A stretch of DNA of 64,000 bases from Eledone cirrhosa (lineage: Eukaryota), in assembly GCA_964016885.1 (NCBI GenBank), contig OZ024742.1, forward strand, positions 313,162,001-313,226,000, read 5' to 3'. Every line of letters starts with the position of its first letter. Positions within the stretch are counted from its first letter, which is position 1. The notes under the pieces are model-generated. The model did no database searches. It had not been told where the DNA came from and worked only from the letters and a program-made list of their open reading frames with translations. Below are positions 38,401 to 53,400 of the stretch, piece after piece. Both the position numbers and the translations under genes were made by a program.

Positions 38401-41400
38401 CAAGTCACCCACACATACCAGCCTCCCTTGTTGTCCAAGTCACCCACACATACCAGCCTCCCTTGTTGTCCAAGTCACCCACACATACCAGCCTCCCTTG
38501 TTGACCAAGTCACCCACACATACCAGCCTCCCTTGTCCAAGTCACCCACACATACCAGCCTCCCTTGTTGTCCAAGTCACCCACACATACCAGCCTCCGT
38601 TGTTGTCCAAGTCACCCACACATACCAGCCTCCCTTGTTGTCCAAGTCACCCACACATACCAGCCTCCCTTGTTGTCCAAGTCACCCACACATACCAGCC
38701 TCCCTTGTCCAAGTCACCCACACATACCAGCCTCCCTTGTCCAAGTCACCCACACATACCAGCCTCCCTTGTTGTCCAAGTCACCCACACATACCAGCGT
38801 CCCTTGTTGTCCAAGTCACCCACACATACCAGCCTCCCTTGTCCAAGTCACCCACACATACCAGCCTCCGTTGTTGTCCAAGTCACCCACACATACCAGC
38901 CTCCCTTGTCCAAGTCACCCACACATACCAGCCTCCCTTGTCCAAGTCACCCACACATACCAGCCTCCCTTGTTGTCCAAGTCACCCACACATACCAGCC
39001 TCCCTTGTCCAAGTCACCCACACATACCAGCCTCCCTTGTCCAAGTCACCCACACATACCAGCCTCCCTTGTTGTCCAAGTCACCCACACATACCAGCCT
39101 CCCTTGTTGTCCAAGTCACCCACACATACCAGCCTCCGTTGTTGTCCAAGTCACCCTCACATACCAGCCTCCCTTGTCCAAGTCACCCACACATACCAGC
39201 CTCCCTTGTCCAAGTCACCCACACATACCAGCCTCCGTTGTTGTCCAAGTCACCCACACATACCAGCCTCCCTTGTCCAAGTCACCCACACATACCAGCC
39301 TCCCTTGTCCAAGTCACCCACACATACCAGCCTCCGTTGTTGTCCAAGTCACCCTCACATACCAGCCTCCCTTGTCCAAGTCACCCACACATACCAGCCT
39401 CCCTTGTTGTCCAAGTCACCCTCACATACCAGCCTCCCTTGTTGTCCAAGTCACCCACACATACCAGCCTCCCTTGTTGTCCAACTCACCCACACATACC
39501 AGCCTCCGTTGTTGTCCAAGTCACCCATACATACCAGCCTCCCTTGTCCAAGTCACCCACACATACCAGCCTCCCTTGTCCAAGTCACCCTCACATACCA
39601 GCCTCCCTTGTCCAAGTCACCCACACATACCAGCCTCCCTTGTCCAAGTCACCCACACATACCAGCCTCCCTTGTCCAAGTCACCCACACATACCAACCT
39701 CCCTTGCTGTCCAAGTCACCCACACATACCAGCCTCCCTTGTTGTCCAAGTCACCCACACATACCAGCCTCCGTTGTTGTCCAAGTCACCCACACATACC
39801 AGCCTCCCTTCTTGTCCAAGTCACCCACACATACCAGCCTCCGTTGTTGTCCAAGTCACCCACACATACCAGCCTCCCTTGTCCAAGTCACCCACACATA
39901 CCAGCCTCCGTTGTTGTCCAAGTCACCCACACATACCAGCCTCCCTTGTTGTCCAAGTCACCCACACATACCAGCCTCCGTTGTTGTCCAAGTCACCCAC
40001 ACATACCAGCCTCCCTTGTCCAAGTCACCCACACATACCAGCCTCCCTTGTTGTCCAACTCACCCACACATACCAGCCTCCGTTGTTGTCCAAGTCACCC
40101 ATACATACCAGCCTCCCTTGTCCAAGTCACCCACACATACCAGCCTCCCTTGTCCAAGTCACCCTCACATACCAGCCTCCCTTGTCCAAGTCACCCACAC
40201 ATACCAGCCTCCCTTGTCCAAGTCACCCACACATACCAGCCTCCCTTGTCCAAGTCACCCACACATACCAGCCTCCCTTCTTGTCCAAGTCACCCACACA
40301 TACCAGCCTCCGTTGTTGTCCAAGTCACCCACACATACCAGCCTCCCTTGTCCAAGTCACCCACACATACCAGCCTCCCTTCTTGTCCAAGTCACCCACA
40401 CATACCAGCCTCCGTTGTTGTCCAAGTCACCCACACATACCAGCCTCCCTTGTCCAAGTCACCCACACATACCAGCCTCCGTTGTTGTCCAAGTCACCCA
40501 CACATACCAGCCTCCGGTGTTGTCCAAGTTACCCTCACATGCCAGCCTCCCTTGTTGTCCAAGTCACCCACACATACCAGGCTCCGGTGTTGTCCAAGTC
40601 ACCCACACATACCAGCCTGCCTTGTCCAAGTCACCCAAACATACCAGCCTCCCTTGTTGTCCAAGTCACCCACACATACCAGCCTCCCTTGTCCAAGTCA
40701 CCCACACATACCAGCCTCCCTTGTTGTCCAAGTCACCCACACATACCAGCCTCCGTTTTTGTCCAAGTCACCCACACATACCAGCCTCCCTTGTTGTCCA
40801 AGTCACCCACACATACCAGCCTCCCTTGTCCAAGTCACCCACACATACCAGCCTCCCTTGTTGTCCAAGTCACCCACACATACCAGCCTCCCTTGTCCAA
40901 GTCACCCACACATACCAGCCTCCGTTGTTGTCCAAGTCACCCACACATACCAGCCTCCGTTGTTGTCCAAGTCACCCACACATACCAGCCTCCCTTGTTG
41001 TCCAAGTCACCCACACATACCAGCCTCCCTTGTCCAAGTCACCCACACATACCAGCCTCCCTTGTCCAAGTCACCCACACATACCAGCCTCCCTTGTTGT
41101 CCAAGTCACCCACACATACCAGCCTCCGTTGTTGTCCAAGTCACCCACACATACCAGCCTCCCTTGTTGTCCAAGTCACCCACACATACCAGCCTCCCTT
41201 GTCCAAGTCACCCACACATACCAGCCTCCCTTGTCCAAGTCACCCACACATACCAGCCTCCCTTGTTGTCCAAGTCACCCACACATACCAGCCTCCCTTG
41301 TCCAAGTCACCCACACATACCAGCCTCCCTTGTCCAAGTCACCCACACATACCAGCCTCCGTTGTTGTCCAAGTCACCCACACATACCAGCCTCCCTTGT

Positions 41401-44400
41401 CCAAGTCACCCACACATACCAGCCTCCGTTGTTGTCCAAGTCACCCACACATACCAGCCTCCCTTGTCCAAGTCACCCACACATACCAGCCTCCGTTGTT
41501 GTCCAAGTCACCCACACAAACCAGCCTCCCTTGTTGTCCAAGTCACCCACACATACCAGCCTCCCTTGTCCAAGTTACCCACACATACCAGCCTCCGTTG
41601 TTGTCCAAGTCACCCACACATACCAGCCTCCCTTGTCCAAGTCACCCACACATACCAGCCTCCGTTGTTGTCCAAATCACCCACACATACCAGCCTCCCT
41701 TGTTGTCCAAGTCACCCACACATACCAGCCTCCCTTGTTGTCCAAGTCACCCACACATACCAGCCTCCGTTGTTGTCCAAGTCACCCACACATACCAGCC
41801 TCCCTTGTTGTCCAAGTCACCCACACATACCAGCCTCCCTTGTTGTCCAAGTCACCCACACATACCAGCCTCCCTTGTTGACCAAGTCACCCACACATAC
41901 CAGCCTCCCTTGTCCAAGTCACCCACACATACCAGCCTCCCTTGTTGTCCAAGTCACCCACAAATACCAGCCTCCGTTGTTGTCCAAGTCACCCACACAT
42001 ACCAGCCTCCCTTGTTGTCCAAGTCACCCACACATACCAGACTCCGTTGTTGTCCAAGTCACCCACACATACCAGCCTCCGTTGTTGTCCAAGTCACCCA
42101 CACATACCAGCCTCCCTTGTTGTCCAAGTCACCCACACATACCAGCCTCCGTTGTTGTCCAAGTCACCCACACATACCAGCCTCCCTTGTTGTCCAAGTC
42201 ACCCAAACATACCAGCCTCCCTTGTTGTCCAAGTCACCCACACATACCAGCCTCCCTTGTCCAAGTCACCCACACATACCAGCCTCCCTTGTTCAAGTCA
42301 CCCACACATACCAGCCTCCCTTGTTGTCCAAGTCACCCACACATACCAGCCTCCGGTGTTGTCCAAGTCACCCACACATACCAGCCTCCCTTGTTGTCCA
42401 AGTCACCCACACATACCAGCCTCCCTTGTTGTCCAAGTCACCCACACATACCAGCCTCCCTTGTCCAAGTCACCCACACATACCAGCCTCCCGTGTCCAA
42501 GTCACCCACACATACCAGCCTCCCTTGTTGTCCAAGTCACCCACACATACCAGCCTCCCTTGTTGTCCAAGTCACCCACACATACCAGCCTCCCTTGTCC
42601 AAGTCACCCACACATACCAGCCTCCGTTGTTGTCCAAGTCACCCACACATACCAGCCTCCCTTGTCCAAGTCACCCACACATACCAGCCTCCCTTGTCCA
42701 AGTCACCCACACATACCAGCCTCCGTTGTTGTCCAAGTCACCCACACATACCAGCCTCCCTTGTTGTCCAAGTCACCCACACATACCAGCCTCCGTTGTT
42801 GTCCAAGTCACCCACACATACCAGCCTCCCTTCTTGTCCAAGTCACCCACACATACCAGCCTCCGTTGTTGTCCAAGTCACCCACACATACCAGCCTCCC
42901 TTGTCCAAGTCACCCACACATACCAGCCTCCCTTGTTGTCCAACTCACCCACACATACCAGCCTCCGTTGTTGTCCAAGTCACCCATACATACCAGCCTC
43001 CCTTGTCCAAGTCACCCACACATACCAGCCTCCCTTGTCCAAGTCACCCTCACATACCAGCCTCCCTTGTCCAAGTCACCCACACATACCAGCCTCCCTT
43101 GTCCAAGTCACCCACACATACCAGCCTCCCTTGTCCAAGTCACCCACACATACCAGCCTCCCTTCTTGTCCAAGTCACCCACACATACCAGCCTCCGTTG
43201 TTGTCCAAGTCACCCACACATACCAGCCTCCCTTGTCCAAGTCACCCACACATACCAGCCTCCCTTCTTGTCCAAGTCACCCACACATACCAGCCTCCGT
43301 TGTTGTCCAAGTCACCCACACATACCAGCCTCCCTTGTCCAAGTCACCCACACATACCAGCCTCCGTTGTTGTCCAAGTCACCCACACATACCAGCCTCC
43401 GGTGTTGTCCAAGTCACCCTCACATACCAGCCTCCCTTGTTGTCCAAGTCACCCACACATACCAGGCTCCGGTGTTGTCCAAGTCACCCACACATACCAG
43501 CCTCCCTTGTTGTCCAAGTCACCCACAAATACCAGCCTGCCTTGTCCAAGTCACCCAAACATACCAGCCTCCCTTGTTGTCCAAGTCACCCACACATACC
43601 AGCCTCCCTTGTCCAAGTCACCCACACATACCAGCCTCCCTTGTTGTCCAAGTCACCCACACATACCAGCCTCCGTTTTTGTCCAAGTCACCCACACATA
43701 CCAGCCTCCCTTGTTGTCCAAGTCACCCACACATACCAGCCTCCCTTGTCCAAGTTACCCACACATACCAGCCTCCGTTGTTGTCCAAGTCACCCACACA
43801 TACCAGCCTCCCTTGTCCAAGTCACCCACACATACCAGCCTCCGTTGTTGTCCAAATCACCCACACATACCAGCCTCCCTTGTTGTCCAAGTCACCCACA
43901 CATACCAGCCTCCCTTGTTGTCCAAGTCACCCACACATACCAGCCTCCGTTGTTGTCCAAGTCACCCACACATACCAGCCTCCCTTGTTGTCCAAGTCAC
44001 CCACACATACCAGCCTCCCTTGTTGTCCAAGTCACCCACACATACCAGCCTCCCTTGTTGACCAAGTCACCCACACATACCAGCCTCCCTTGTCCAAGTC
44101 ACCCACACATACCAGCCTCCCTTGTTGTCCAAGTCACCCACACATACCAGCCTCCGTTGTTGTCCAAGTCACCCACACATACCAGCCTCCCTTGTTGTCC
44201 AAGTCACCCACACATACCAGCCTCCGTTGTTGTCCAAGTCACCCACACATACCAGCCTCCGTTGTTGTCCAAGTCACCCACACATACCAGCCTCCCTTGT
44301 TGTCCAAGTCACCCACACATACCAGCCTCCGTTGTTGTCCAAGTCACCCACACATACCAGCCTCCCTTGTTGTCCAAGTCACCCAAACATACCAGCCTCC

Positions 44401-47400
44401 CTTGTTGTCCAAGTCACCCACACATACCAGCCTCCCTTGTCCAAGTCACCCACACATACCAGCCTCCCTTGTCCAAGTCACCCACACATACCAGCCTCCC
44501 TTGTTGTCCAAGTCACCCACACATACCAGCCTCCGGTGTTGTCCAAGTCACCCACACATACCAGCCTCCCTTGTTGTCCAAGTCACCCACACATACCAGC
44601 CTCCCTTGTTGTCCAAGTCACCCACACATACCAGCCTCCCTTGTCCAAGTCACCCACACATACCAGCCTCCCGTGTCCAAGTCACCCACACATACCAGCC
44701 TCCCTTGTTGTCCAAGTCACCCACACATACCAGCCTCCCTTGTTGTCCAAGTCACCCACACATACCAGCCTCCCTTGTCCAAGTCACCCACACATACCAG
44801 CCTCCGTTGTTGTCCAAGTCACCCACACATACCAGCCTCCCTTGTCCAAGTCACCCACACATACCAGCCTCCCTTGTCCAAGTCACCCACACATACCAGC
44901 CTCCGTTGTTGTCCAAGTCACCCACACATACCAGCCTCCCTTGTTGTCCAAGTCACCCACACATACCAGCCTCCGTTGTTGTCCAAGTCACCCACACATA
45001 CCAGCCTCCCTTCTTGTCCAAGTCACCCACACATACCAGCCTCCGTTGTTGTCCAAGTCACCCACACATACCAGCCTCCCTTGTCCAAGTCACCCACACA
45101 TACCAGCCTCCCTTGTTGTCCAACTCACCCACACATACCAGCCTCCGTTGTTGTCCAAGTCACCCATACATACCAGCCTCCCTTGTCCAAGTCACCCACA
45201 CATACCAGCCTCCCTTGTCCAAGTCACCCTCACATACCAGCCTCCCTTGTCCAAGTCACCCACACATACCAGCCTCCCTTGTCCAAGTCACCCACACATA
45301 CCAGCCTCCCTTGTCCAAGTCACCCACACATACCAGCCTCCCTTCTTGTCCAAGTCACCCACACATACCAGCCTCCGTTGTTGTCCAAGTCACCCACACA
45401 TACCAGCCTCCCTTGTCCAAGTCACCCACACATACCAGCCTCCCTTCTTGTCCAAGTCACCCACACATACCAGCCTCCGTTGTTGTCCAAGTCACCCACA
45501 CATACCAGCCTCCCTTGTCCAAGTCACCCACACATACCAGCCTCCGTTGTTGTCCAAGTCACCCACACATACCAGCCTCCGGTGTTGTCCAAGTCACCCT
45601 CACATACCAGCCTCCCTTGTTGTCCAAGTCACCCACACATACCAGGCTCCGGTGTTGTCCAAGTCACCCACACATACCAGCCTCCCTTGTTGTCCAAGTC
45701 ACCCACAAATACCAGCCTGCCTTGTCCAAGTCACCCAAACATACCAGCCTCCCTTGTTGTCCAAGTCACCCACACATACCAGCCTCCCTTGTCCAAGTCA
45801 CCCACACATACCAGCCTCCCTTGTTGTCCAAGTCACCCACACATACCAGCCTCCGTTTTTGTCCAAGTCACCCACACATACCAGCCTCCCTTGTTGTCCA
45901 AGTCACCCACACATACCAGCCTCCCTTGTCCAAGTCACCCACACATACCAGCCTCCCTTGTTGTCCAAGTCACCCACACATACCAGCCTCCCTTGTCCAA
46001 GTCACCCACACATACCAGCCTCCCTTGTTGTCCAAGTCACCCACACATACCAGCCTCCCTTGTCCAAGTCACCCACACATACCAGCCTCCGTTGTTGTCC
46101 AAGTCACCCACACATACCAGCCTCCGTTGTTGTCCAAGTCACCCACACATACCAGCCTCCCTTGTTGTCCAAGTCACCCACACATACCAGCCTCCCTTGT
46201 CCAAGTCACCCACACATACCAGCCTCCCTTGTCCAAGTCACCCACACATACCAGCCCCCCTTGTTGTCCAAGTCACCCACACATACCAGCCTCCGTTGTT
46301 GTCCAAGTCACCCACACATACCAGCCTCCCTTGTTGTCCAAGTCACCCACACATACCAGCCTCCCTTGTCCAAGTCACCCACACATACCAGCCTCCCTTG
46401 TCCAAGTCACCCACACATACCAGCCTCCCTTGTTGTCCAAGTCACCCACACATACCAGCCTCCCTTGTCCAAGTCACCCACACATACCAGCCTCCCTTGT
46501 CCAAGTCACCCACACATACCAGCCTCCGTTGTTGTCCAAGTCACCCACACATACCAGCCTCCCTTGTCCAAGTCACCCACACATACCAGCCTCCGTTGTT
46601 GTCCAAGTCACCCACACATACCAGCCTCCCTTGTCCAAGTCACCCACACATACCAGCCTCCGTTGTTGTCCAAGTCACCCACACAAACCAGCCTCCCTTG
46701 TTGTCCAAGTCACCCACACATACCAGCCTCCCTTGTCCAAGTTACCCACACATACCAGCCTCCGTTGTTGTCCAAGTCACCCACACATACCAGCCTCCCT
46801 TGTCCAAGTCACCCACACATACCAGCCTCCGTTGTTGTCCAAATCACCCACACATACCAGCCTCCCTTGTTGTCCAAGTCACCCACACATACCAGCCTCC
46901 CTTGTTGTCCAAGTCACCCACACATACCAGCCTCCGTTGTTGTCCAAGTCACCCACACATACCAGCCTCCCTTGTTGTCCAAGTCACCCACACATACCAG
47001 CCTCCCTTGTTGTCCAAGTCACCCACACATACCAGCCTCCCTTGTTGACCAAGTCACCCACACATACCAGCCTCCCTTGTCCAAGTCACCCACACATACC
47101 AGCCTCCCTTGTTGTCCAAGTCACCCACACATACCAGCCTCCGTTGTTGTCCAAGTCACCCACACATACCAGCCTCCCTTGTTGTCCAAGTCACCCACAC
47201 ATACCAGCCTCCGTTGTTGTCCAAGTCACCCACACATACCAGCCTCCGTTGTTGTCCAAGTCACCCACACATACCAGCCTCCCTTGTTGTCCAAGTCACC
47301 CACACATACCAGCCTCCGTTGTTGTCCAAGTCACCCACACATACCAGCCTCCCTTGTTGTCCAAGTCACCCACACATACCAGCCTCCCTTGTTGTCCAAG

Positions 47401-50400
47401 TCACCCACACATACCAGCCTCCCTTGTCCAAGTCACCCACACATACCAGCCTCCCTTGTCCAAGTCACCCACACATACCAGCCTCCCTTGTTGTCCAAGT
47501 CACCCACACATACCAGCCTCCGGTGTTGTCCAAGTCACCCACACATACCAGCCTCCCTTGTTGTCCAAGTCACCCACACATACCAGCCTCCCTTGTTGTC
47601 CAAGTCACCCACACATACCAGCCTCCCTTGTCCAAGTCACCCACACATACCAGCCTCCCGTGTCCAAGTCACCCACACATACCAGCCTCCCTTGTTGTCC
47701 AAGTCACCCACACATACCAGCCTCCCTTGTTGTCCAAGTCACCCACACATACCAGCCTCCCTTGTCCAAGTCACCCACACATACCAGCCTCCCTTGTCCA
47801 AGTCACCCACACATACCAGCCTCCCTTGTTGTCCAAGTCACCCACACATACCAGCCTCCGTTGTTGTCCAAGTCACCCACACATACCAGCCTCCCTTGTT
47901 GTCCAAGTCACCCACACATACCAGCCTCCCTTGTCCAAGTCACCCACACATACCAGCCTCCCTTGTCCAAGTCACCCACACATACCAGCCTCCCTTGTTG
48001 TCCAAGTCACCCACACATACCAGCCTCCCTTGTCCAAGTCACCCACACATACCAGCCTCCCTTGTCCAAGTCACCCACACATACCAGCCTCCGTTGTTGT
48101 CCAAGTCACCCACACATACCAGCCTCCCTTGTCCAAGTCACCCACACATACCAGCCTCCGTTGTTGTCCAAGTCACCCACACATACCAGCCTCCCTTGTC
48201 CAAGTCACCCACACATACCAGCCTCCGTTGTTGTCCAAGTCACCCACACAAACCAGCCTCCCATGTTGTCCAAGTCACCCACACATACCAGCCTCCCTTG
48301 TCCAAGTTACCCACACATACCAGCCTCCGTTGTTGTCCAAGTCACCCACACATACCAGCCTCCCTTGTCCAAGTCACCCACACATACCAGCCTCCGTTGT
48401 TGTCCAAATCACCCACACATACCAGCCTCCCTTGTTGTCCAAGTCACCCACACATACCAGCCTCCCTTGTTGTCCAAGTCACCCACACATACCAGCCTCC
48501 GTTGTTGTCCAAGTCACCCACACATACCAGCCTCCCTTGTTGTCCAAGTCACCCACACATACCAGCCTCCCTTGTTGTCCAAGTCACCCACACATACCAG
48601 CCTCCCTTGTTGACCAAGTCACCCACAGATACCAGCCTCCCTTGTCCAAGTCACCCACACATACCAGCCTCCCTTGTTGTCCAAGTCACCCACACATACC
48701 AGCCTCCGTTGTTGTCCAAGTCACCCACACATACCAGCCTCCCTTGTTGTCCAAGTCACCCACACATACCAGCCTCCGTTGTTGTCCAAGTCACCCACAC
48801 ATACCAGCCTCCGTTGTTGTCCAAGTCACCCACACATACCAGCCTCCCTTGTTGTCCAAGTCACCCACACATACCAACCTCCGTTGTTGTCCAAGTCACC
48901 CACACATACCAGCCTCCCTTGTTGTCCAAGTCACCCACACATACCAGCCTCCCTTGTTGTCCAAGTCACCCACACATACCAGCCTCCCTTGTCCAAGTCA
49001 CCCACACATACCAGCCTCCCTTGTCCAAGTCACCCACACATACCAGCCTCCCTTGTTGTCCAAGTCACCCACACATACCAGCCTCCGGTGTTGTCCAAGT
49101 CACCCACACATACCAGCCTCCCTTGTTGTCCAAGTCACCCACACATACCAGCCTCCCTTGTTGTCCAAGTCACCCACACATACCAGCCTCCCTTGTCCAA
49201 GTCACCCACACATACCAGCCTCCCGTGTCCAAGTCACCCACACATACCAGCCTCCCTTGTTGTCCAAGTCACCCACACATACCAGCCTCCCTTGTTGTCC
49301 AAGTCACCCACACATACCAGCCTCCCTTGTCCAAGTCACCCACACATACCAGCCTCCGTTGTTGTCCAAGTCACCCACACATACCAGCCTCCCTTGTCCA
49401 AGTCACCCACACATACCAGCCTCCCTTGTCCAAGTCACCCACACATACCAGCCTCCGTTGTTGTCCAAGTCACCCACACATACCAGCCTCCGTTGTTGTC
49501 CAAGTCACCCACACATACCAGCCTCCCTTTTTGTCCAAGTCACCCACACATACCAGCCTCCGTTGTTGTCCAAGTCACCCACACATACCAGCCTCCGTTG
49601 TTGTCCAAGTCACCCACACATACCAGCCTCCCTTGTTGTCCAAGTCACCCACACATACCAGCCTCCGTTGTTGTCCAAGTCACCCACACATACCAGCCTC
49701 CCTTGTTGTCCAAGTCACCCACACATACCAGCCTCCCTTGTCCAAGTCACCCACACATACCAGCCTCCGTTGTTGTCCAAGTCACCCACACATACCAGCC
49801 TCCGTTGTTGTCCAAGTCACCCACACATACCAGCCTCCCTTGTCCAAGTCACCCACACATACCAGCCTCCGTTGTTGTCCAAGTCACCCACACATACCAG
49901 CCTCCGTTGTTGTCCAAGTCACCCACACATACCAGCCTCCCTTGTTGTCCAAGTCACCCACACATACCAGCCTCCCTTGTCCAAGTCACCCACACATACC
50001 AGCCTCCGTTGTTGTCCAAGTCACCCACACATACCAGCCTCCGTTGTTGTCCAAGTCACCCACACATACCAGCCTCCCTTGTTGTCCAAGTCACCCACAC
50101 ATACCAGCCTCCGTTGTTGTCCAAGTCACCCACACATACCAGCCTCCCTTGTCCAAGTCACCCACACATACCAGCCTCCGTTGTCCAAGTCACCCACACA
50201 TACCAGCCTCCCTTGTTGTCCAAGTCACCCACACATACCAGCCTCCCTTGTCCAAGTCACCCACACATACCAGCCTCCGTTGTTGTCCAAGTCACCCACA
50301 CATACCAGCCTCCGTTGTTGTCCAAGTCACCCACACATACCAGCCTCCGTTGTTGTCCAAGTCACCCACACATACCAGCCTCCGTTGTTGTCCAAGTCAC

Positions 50401-53400
50401 CCACACATACCAGCCTCCCTTGTTGTCCAAGTCACCCACACATACCAGCCTCCGTTGTTGTCCAAGTCACCCACACATACCAGCCTCCGTTGTTGTCCAA
50501 GTCACCCACACATACCATCCTCCCTTGTCCAAGTCACCCACACATACCAGCCTCCCTTGTTGTCCAAGTCACCCACACATACCAGCCTCCGTTGTTGTCC
50601 AAGTCACCCACACATACCATCCTCCCTTGTCCAAGTCACCCACACATACCAGCCTCCCTTGTTGTCCAAGTCACCCACACATACCAGCCTCCGTTGTTGT
50701 CCAAGTCACCCACACATACCATCCTCCCTTGTCCAAGTCACCCATACATACCAGCCTCCCTTGTTGTCCAAGTCACCCACACATACCAGCCTCCGTTGTT
50801 GTCCAAATCACCCACACATACCAGCCTCCCTTGTTGTCCTAGTCACCCACACATACCAGCCTCCCTTGTTGTCCAAGTCACCCACACATACCAGCCTCCC
50901 TTGTCCAAGTCACCCACACATACCAGCCTCCGTTGTCCAAGTCACCCACACATACCAGCCTCCCTTGTTGTCCAAGTCACCCACACATACCAGCCTCCCT
51001 TGTCCAAGTCACCCACACATACCAGCCTCCGTTGTTGTCCAAGTCACCCACACATACCAGCCTCCCTTGTTGTCCAAGTCACCCACACATACCAGCCTCC
51101 GTTGTTGTCCAAGTCACCCACACATACCAGCCTCCCTTGTTGTCCAAGTCACCCACACATACCAGCCTCCGTTGTTGTCCAAGTCACCCACACATACCAG
51201 CCTCCCTTGTTGTCCAAGTCACCCATACATACCAGCCTCCCTTGTTGTCCAAGTCACCCATGCATACCAGCCTCCCTTGTTGTCCAAGTCACCCACACAT
51301 ACCAGCCTCCCTTGTTGTCCAAGTCACCCACACATACCAGCCTCCCTTGTCCAAGTCACCCACACATACCAGCCTCCGTTGTTGTCCAAGTCACCCACAC
51401 ATACCAGCCTCCGTTGTTGTCCAAGTCACCCACACATACCAGCCTCCCTTGTCCAAGTCACCCACACATACCAGCCTCCCTTGTCCAAGTCACCCACACA
51501 TACCAGCCTCCCTTGTTGTCCAAGTCACCCACACATACCAGCCTCCCTTGTCCAAGTCACCCACACATACCAGCCTCCCTTGTTGTCCAAGTCACCCACA
51601 CATACCAGCCTCCCTTGTTGTCCAAGTCACCCACACATACCAGCCTCCCTTGTTGTCCAAGTCACACACACATACCAGCCTCCCTTGTTGTCCAAGTCAC
51701 CCACACATACCAGCCTCCCTTGTCCAAGTCACCCACACATACCAGCCTCCCTTGTTGTCCAAGTCACCCACACATACCAGCCTCCCTTGTTGTCCAAGTC
51801 ACGCACACATACCAGCCTCCGTTGTTGTCCAAGTCACCCACACATACCAGCCTCCTTTGTTGTCCAAGTCACCCATACATACCAGCCTCCCTTGTTGTCC
51901 AAGTCACCCACACATACCAGCCTCCCTTGTTGTCCAAGTCACCCACACATACCAGCCTCCGTTGTTGTCCAAGTCACCCACACATACCAGCCTCCCTTGT
52001 TGTCCAAGTCACCCACACATACCAGCCTCCCTTGTTGTCCAAGTCACCCACACATACCAGCCTCCCTTGTCCAAGTCACCCACACATACCAGCCTCCGTT
52101 GTCCAAGTCACCCACACATACCAGCCTCCCTTGTTGTCCAAGTCACCCACACATACCAGCCTCCCTTGTCCAAGTCACCCACACATACCAGCCTCCGTTG
52201 TTGTCCAAGTCACCCACACATACCAGCCTCCGTTGTTGTCCAAGTCACCCACACATACCAGCCTCCCTTGTTGTCCAAGTCACCCACACATACCAGCCTC
52301 CGTTGTTGTCCAAGTCACCCACACATACCAGCCTCCCTTGTTGTCCAAGTCACCCACACATACCAGCCTCCCTTGTCCAAGTCACCCACACATACCAGCC
52401 TCCGTTGTTGTCCAAGTCACCCACACATACCAGCCTCCCTTGTTGTCCAAGTCACCCACACATACCAGCCTCCGTTGTTGTCCAAGTCACCCACACATAC
52501 CAGCCTCCCTTGTTGTCCAAGTCACCCACACATACCAGCCTCCGTTGTTGTCCAAGTCACCCACACATACCAGCCTCCCTTGTTGTCCAAGTCACCCATA
52601 CATACCAGCCTCCCTTGTTGTCCAAGTCACCCATACATACCAGCCTCCCTTGTTGTCCAAGTCACCCACACATACCAGCCTCCCTTGTTGTCCAAGTCAC
52701 CCATACATACCAGCCTCCCTTGTTGTCCAAGTCACCCACACATACCAGCCTCCCTTGTTGTCCAAGTCACCCTCACATACCAGCCTCCCTTGTTGTCCAA
52801 GTCACCCACACATACCAGCCTCCCTTGTCCAAGTCACCCACACATACCAGCCTCCCTTGTTGTCCAAGTCACCCACACATACCAGCCTCCGTTGTTGTCC
52901 AAGTCACCCACACATACCAGCCTCCCTTGTCCAAGTCACCCACACATACCAGCCTCCGTTGTCCAAGTCACCCACACATACCAGCCTCCCTTGTTGTCCA
53001 AGTCACCCACACATACCAGCCTCCCTTGTCCAAGTCACCCACACATACCAGCCTCCGTTGTTGTCCAAGTCACCCACACATACCAGCCTCCGTTGTTGTC
53101 CAAGTCACCCACACATACCAGCCTCCGTTGTTGTCCAAGTCACCCACACATACCAGCCTCCGTTGTTGTCCAAGTCACCCACACATACCAGCCTCCCTTG
53201 TTGTCCAAGTCACCCACACATACCAGCCTCCGTTGTTGTCCAAGTCACCCACACATACCAGCCTCCGTTGTTGTCCAAGTCACCCACACATACCATCCTC
53301 CCTTGTCCAAGTCACCCACACATACCAGCCTCCGTTGTTGTCCAAGTCACCCACACATACCAGCCTCCGTTGTTGTCCAAGTCACCCACACATACCAGCC

